Shown here piece by piece: positions 29,216 through 32,935 of a DNA stretch of 32,935 nt. Origin of the DNA: Omnitrophica bacterium RBG_13_46_9. GTDB lineage: Bacteria > Omnitrophota > Gorgyraeia > JABMRN01 > RBG-13-46-9. A program made the translations under genes and the position numbers. The notes under the pieces are model-generated. The model had not been told where the DNA came from and did no database searches. It saw only the letters and a list, made by a program, of their open reading frames with translations. How positions within the stretch are numbered: the stretch's first letter is position 1; the number at the start of each line of letters is the position of its first letter. Location of the stretch: assembly GCA_001804045.1 (NCBI GenBank), contig MHFD01000076.1, forward strand, positions 10,136 through 43,070, written 5' to 3'.

Positions 29216-29254
29216 GATTACGGCGATTTAGGTTTTAATCGCTGTAATCTTTTT
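29216..29254 (+). terminator. rho-independent terminator after parB
   Basis: GATTACGGCGAT-10 nt loop-ATCGCTGTAATC gives a 12-bp stem with one G-U pair in RNA. It is followed by TTTTT (29250-29254). Confidence 0.55.
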
Positions 29255-29377
29255 CAGATCCCTGTAATCATCTTGGGAAGAAAGTCATTTGACAATTAAG
29301 ATAAGCGGGTAATATCATATTATCGTCGGATATGGCGTAGCCCAGGCTTAAAAAGCTTCCCTATCATATAAAAGAAG

Positions 29378-30073
29378 ATGGAAAACGCGTCGTTTCTAAT
29401 GGCTTTTGTGTCCGGGATTCTTGCTTTCTTTTCACCATGCATGCTGCCTCTTATCCCGGCGTATATCTCATATCTGACCGGAATATCCTTCCACGAGATC
29501 ACCGGCGAGCTTTCAAATGAAAAAAAAGCCAGGATCAAGTTGATGACTGTTCTTCACTCCCTTGGTTTTATAATGGGGTTTACCGTCGTTTTTGTAATTT
29601 TAGGCGCGGGCGCGACCTTTTTAGGAAAACTCCTGGTCCGATATCAGTTTATACTTATGAGGATAGGCGGATTGGTCGTAATATTTTTCGCCCTTGTCAT
29701 TGCAGACGTAATAAAGGCTCCTTTTCTGGAAAGGGAGATGAAGGTTTCATATAGGAAGAATGGGGTTTCCATATTAGGGTCTATATTGGTCGGCGCCACA
29801 TTTGCCGCAGCGTGGACCCCGTGCGTAGGGCTCATTCTGGGTTCGATTCTTATATATGCTTCGAGCACCGCAAGCATGCGGATGGGAGTCTCGTTACTTA
29901 TCGTCTTTTCCTGCGGGCTTGGGCTCCCGTTCCTTTTGTCCGCGCTAATAATGAACTCATTTTTGGCTTATGTCAAAAAAATAGAAAGGCATATGCGCTG
30001 GGTCAGAATTATTTCAGGGATTATTCTTATGATCTTCGGGATTCTTTTATTAATAGGAAGGATGTTTTTATAA
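29378..30073 (+). CDS. ccdA: cytochrome c biogenesis / thiol-disulfide transporter CcdA (DsbD-family membrane protein)
   Basis: 231 aa, polytopic. It has the two conserved Cys-containing helices FFSPCMLPLIPAYISYL and AAAWTPCVGLILGSIL. Confidence 0.85.
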   Translation: MENASFLMAFVSGILAFFSPCMLPLIPAYISYLTGISFHEITGELSNEKKARIKLMTVLHSLGFIMGFTVVFVILGAGATFLGKLLVRYQFILMRIGGLVVIFFALVIADVIKAPFLEREMKVSYRKNGVSILGSILVGATFAAAWTPCVGLILGSILIYASSTASMRMGVSLLIVFSCGLGLPFLLSALIMNSFLAYVKKIERHMRWVRIISGIILMIFGILLLIGRMFL

Positions 30074-30086
30074 GCGGAGAAGGAAG

Positions 30087-30596
30087 ATGAGGACAGATAT
30101 GAGAATAAAAGCAATTTTTCTATTGGCAATTTTTCTGGTAACACTTGTGAGTGGTTGCGGAAACACCCAGGCGGGGGATGTTGACTACGGCAAGGCATTG
30201 GATTTCGAGCTGCAAGATATAAATGGTAATAGACTTAGGTTGTCCGATCGTTCCGGCAGGATAATAATACTGAATTTCTTTGCGACGTGGTGCCCGCCGT
30301 GCCGCATGGAAATGCCGGATTTTAACCAGATAGCGAAAGAGTACAAAAACGACGTGGAAGTAATAGCAGTAAATATCGCAGGCGAGAACCTGTCAATCGT
30401 GCGCGACTTTGTCGATGCTAACAAACTGGAATTCCCCGTGGCGATTGATAACAACACCGCAAACAAATTATACGGACCGATAAACGCAATTCCCGTCACA
30501 GTCATTATAGACAAAGATTTTAACATTGTCAGGCGGTACATAGGGATGCGGACGAAAGAGGTATTTGTCAGGGATATCGAAGAGCTTTCTCGGTAA
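30087..30596 (+). CDS. TlpA/ResA-like thioredoxin-fold thiol-disulfide oxidoreductase lipoprotein
   Basis: Lipobox LVSGC after a hydrophobic signal. Active site FFATWCPPCRMEMP. It pairs with ccdA. An alternative start is ATG at 30099. Confidence 0.85.
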   Translation: MRTDMRIKAIFLLAIFLVTLVSGCGNTQAGDVDYGKALDFELQDINGNRLRLSDRSGRIIILNFFATWCPPCRMEMPDFNQIAKEYKNDVEVIAVNIAGENLSIVRDFVDANKLEFPVAIDNNTANKLYGPINAIPVTVIIDKDFNIVRRYIGMRTKEVFVRDIEELSR

Positions 30597-30740
30597 ACAT
30601 CGTATTTTGCAATATCTTAAACAGGAATCCCTAATGTGTCTCAGCAGATATAGTATCGACGATATCCCGTCCATTCTATCTGCGAGATTTACTTAATATA
30701 ATCAATGCCCCAGATAGTATACCCTGACTTAGAAAAACTA

Positions 30741-30770
30741 TTGGCAAAACCACACAAATTATTGTATAAT
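30741..30770 (+). promoter_or_regulatory. sigma70-type promoter immediately upstream of the 5-formyl-THF cyclo-ligase gene
   Basis: TTGGCA (30741-30746), an 18-nt spacer, then TATAAT (30765-30770). The GTG start codon is at 30776. Confidence 0.4.
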
Positions 30771-30775
30771 TTAAA

Positions 30776-31345
30776 GTGCGTAAGACAAAGGGACAAATCA
30801 GAAAGGAGATACTGGATAAGTTAAATACTCAGAACAGGGAAGAGATCTTGAAAAAGAGCGAAACAATAAAGAAAAAGCTTTTTTCTCTGCCTGAGTTTAA
30901 AAGGGCAAAGTTTGTGATGTTCTACGCCTCGCAAGACAGAGAGGTAAATACCGAAGAGATGATCGATGAGGCAATTAAGATGGGGAAAAAAGTAGCTTTG
31001 CCGTGTTGTTCGAGTCTAAAGACAATAGTTTCTAAAGAGATAACAGATAGACACAGGGACTTAGAAAAAGGCACCTATGGGATAAGCGAACCGCGGAAAT
31101 GTCAAAAGAATATCCAACCTGATAAGATAGATTTGATTGTTGTTCCGGGGATTGCGTTTGACAGAAAAAATAGACGCATCGGCAGAGGTAAAGGCTACTA
31201 CGATAGATTTCTCGGGCGTTTATCCCGGAATAAATGCAGCGTTGGATTAGCTTTTGATTTCCAGATAGTCGAAAATCTGCCTAAAGACTCGCACGACATT
31301 CCCGTCTCAAAAGTCATCACAAACCTAACTGTACAAACACGTTAG
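30776..31345 (+). CDS. 5-formyltetrahydrofolate cyclo-ligase
   Basis: 189 aa, GTG start. Family pattern: KGQIRKEIL..., FYASQDREVNT, VALPCC, GTYGISEP, IDLIVVPGIAFDRKNRRIGRGKGYYDRFL, HDIPV. Confidence 0.85.
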   Translation: MRKTKGQIRKEILDKLNTQNREEILKKSETIKKKLFSLPEFKRAKFVMFYASQDREVNTEEMIDEAIKMGKKVALPCCSSLKTIVSKEITDRHRDLEKGTYGISEPRKCQKNIQPDKIDLIVVPGIAFDRKNRRIGRGKGYYDRFLGRLSRNKCSVGLAFDFQIVENLPKDSHDIPVSKVITNLTVQTR

Positions 31346-31540
31346 CGCATGGCGGCGCATAGTGGGCAGCGCTTTAATGCCTGATCCTGCGCGTGAATCA
31401 TGTTTTGATATTTTTCCATATGCTACACGCGAAACGCCATATGCGATACGTAATGGGGTCTCATAAAGTTACAATTTTTCATGAACAGCCCTGAACGATT
31501 TTTATGAAGGGCTGATACGGGAGATAAGGAGGAAATTCAG

Positions 31541-32935
31541 ATGAGCATTATCAGTCTTATCTACATCGGATTTGCTGTCCTGGGGGCGCTTTTCTTTTTC
31601 GTGATAGGATATGTGCTAAGAAAATATACCGCCCGCATGAAGATAAAACATGCGGAGGAGAAGTCGAAAATCATCGTGGAGGAAGCTAAAAAAGAGGCCG
31701 AATCCAGAAGAAGGGAAGCTCAGCTCGAAGCCAAAGATCTATTGCTTAAGATGAGATCTGATTTCGAGAAAGAGTCAAAAGAAAGACGGGCGGAATTGGC
31801 GCAATTGGAGAGAAGGCTTATCCAGAGGGAAGAGAATTTAGATAGAAGGATAGACCTTTTAGACAAGAAGGAAAAAGAGGTTGAGGCCAAGCTTCAGCAA
31901 TTGCGCGTTAAGGAGAAAGAGATAGTGGAAAAAGATAATAAATTAGCCGCCCTTCTCCAGGAAGAGAGGGAGAGGCTTCAGAAGGTTTCCGGCATGACGG
32001 TGGACGAGGCCAAGCGCATACTTCTAAAGAGACTCGAAAACGAAGTCAAACAGGATTCGGCCTACATGGTCAAAAGGCTTGAGGAAGAAGCCAAAGAAAA
32101 GGCCGATAAGGAGGCGCGCAAGATCATAGGGCTTGCGATCCAGAAGTGCGCGACAGATCACACGGTAGAAACGACAATAAGCGTTGTCAACCTTCCTAAC
32201 GATGAGATGAAAGGGCGGATCATCGGAAGGGAAGGCAGGAACATACGCGCCCTCGAAATGGCCACAGGCATAGATGTCATTATTGACGATACGCCCGAAG
32301 CTGTGATTCTTTCGGGATTTGACAGGGTAAGAAGAGAAATAGCGAGGATTGCCTTAGAGAGGTTGATAGCTGACGGGAGGATCCATCCGGCGCGGATCGA
32401 AGAAGTTGTTGAGAAGATAAAGAAAGAAATGGAGGCGACTATAAGAGAGGAAGGGGAAAAAGCCGTGTTTGATGTGGGCCTCCACGGCATCCACCCCGAG
32501 CTGATCAAGCTTTTGGGCCGGCTTAAATATAGGACAAGTTACGGCCAGAATGTCCTGCAGCACTCAAAAGAGGTGGCCTACCTTATGGGGGTCATGGCAA
32601 GCGAGCTTAAATTGGATTTTAACCTTGCAAAACGCATAGGTTTGTTGCATGATATTGGAAAAGCGGTAAGTCACGAGGTCGAGGGCACTCACGCAAAAAT
32701 AGGCGCTGATATAGCAAGAAAATATAACGAACCCGAAAACGTCATTCACGCCATAGAAGCCCATCACCAGGATGTAGAGCCAAAGACCCTTTTGGCGGTA
32801 CTGGTCCAAGCCGCGGATACGATAAGCGCTACAAGGCCTGGAGCCAGAAGAGAGACTTTAGAGACCTACGTTAAACGTCTTGAAAAACTGGAAGGCATCG
32901 CGGATTCTTTCACGGGAGTCGAGAAGGCATATGCC
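31541..32935 (+). CDS. rny: ribonuclease Y (5' part, runs off the window end)
   Basis: Hand translation from the ATG at 31541, which follows AAGGAGG. It shows an N-terminal TM helix ([26 protein letters not shown]), a long coiled coil, the KH motif [15 protein letters not shown] and the HD motif LLHDIGKA. The frame is open to base 32935 (465 codons). It is absent from the ORF track because there is no stop. Confidence 0.93.
   Translation, partial: MSIISLIYIGFAVLGALFFFVIGYVLRKYTARMKIKHAEEKSKIIVEEAKKEAESRRREAQLEAKDLLLKMRSDFEKESKERRAELAQLERRLIQREENLDRRIDLLDKKEKEVEAKLQQLRVKEKEIVEKDNKLAALLQEERERLQKVSGMTVDEAKRILLKRLENEVKQDSAYMVKRLEEEAKEKADKEARKIIGLAIQKCATDHTVETTISVVNLPNDEMKGRIIGREGRNIRALEMATGIDVIIDDTPEAVILSGFDRVRREIARIALERLIADGRIHPARIEEVVEKIKKEMEATIREEGEKAVFDVGLHGIHPELIKLLGRLKYRTSYGQNVLQHSKEVAYLMGVMASELKLDFNLAKRIGLLHDIGKAVSHEVEGTHAKIGADIARKYNEPENVIHAIEAHHQDVEPKTLLAVLVQAADTISATRPGARRETLETYVKRLEKLEGIADSFTGVEKAYA

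Noticed and set aside
29117-29299. 60-aa plus-strand ORF after parB
   Set aside because: TTG start with no SD sequence. Its sequence (repeated DYGD) is generated by the GATTACGGYGAT repeat/terminator array, so it is non-coding.
30600-30750. Possible 6S RNA (ssrS) upstream of the 5-formyl-THF cyclo-ligase gene, by analogy with E. coli ssrS-ygfA synteny
   Set aside because: There is end-to-end pairing (TTTTGCAATA 30605-30614 with TATTGGCAAAA 30739-30749, CAGG/CCTG inside it, and a GCAGATA/TATCTGC internal stem). There is also a CAGATA(T)AGTAT direct repeat. However, I could not build the long interrupted helix with a central bubble typical of 6S RNA. The 3' arm also overlaps the putative -35 element. 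This is worth a covariance-model scan but is not callable by eye.

Overview
This is a bacterial chromosomal window centred on the replication-origin neighbourhood. Taxon is not determinable from here. Minus strand, right to left: dnaA, dnaN, a DUF721/DciA-like gene, gyrB, gyrA, tRNA-Glu(UUC), then a Fic-family gene split in frame by a 126-nt insertion. Plus strand to the right of dnaA: rpmH (too short for the ORF track), rnpA, yidD, yidC, a Jag_N-only gene, parA, parB, ccdA, a TlpA/ResA-like thioredoxin lipoprotein, 5-formyl-THF cyclo-ligase and the 5' part of rny (open at the window end). The left third (about 1.6-13.5 kb) is a tightly packed nine-gene plus-strand operon, divergent from a ROK-family regulator. 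It encodes an FAD oxidoreductase, a CapK/PaaK-like adenylating enzyme, GT28-like and GT4 glycosyltransferases, two radical SAM enzymes (one clear SPASM, one SPASM/twitch-like), a cytosolic-type sulfotransferase, an NPP/alkaline-phosphatase-family enzyme, and a sulfotransferase-TM-GT9 fusion. This is the best candidate here for an undescribed sulfated glycoconjugate pathway. The most concrete sequence-level discovery is a 126-nt structured non-autonomous element present twice (14129-14254 minus, 26779-26904 plus). Both copies sit immediately 3' of TTAC and have IS200/IS605-like subterminal hairpins. They are identical except that the 8-nt loop of a central perfect palindrome is exactly reverse-complemented. 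One copy splits the Fic gene. No CRISPR array, rRNA or recognisable defence operon was seen.
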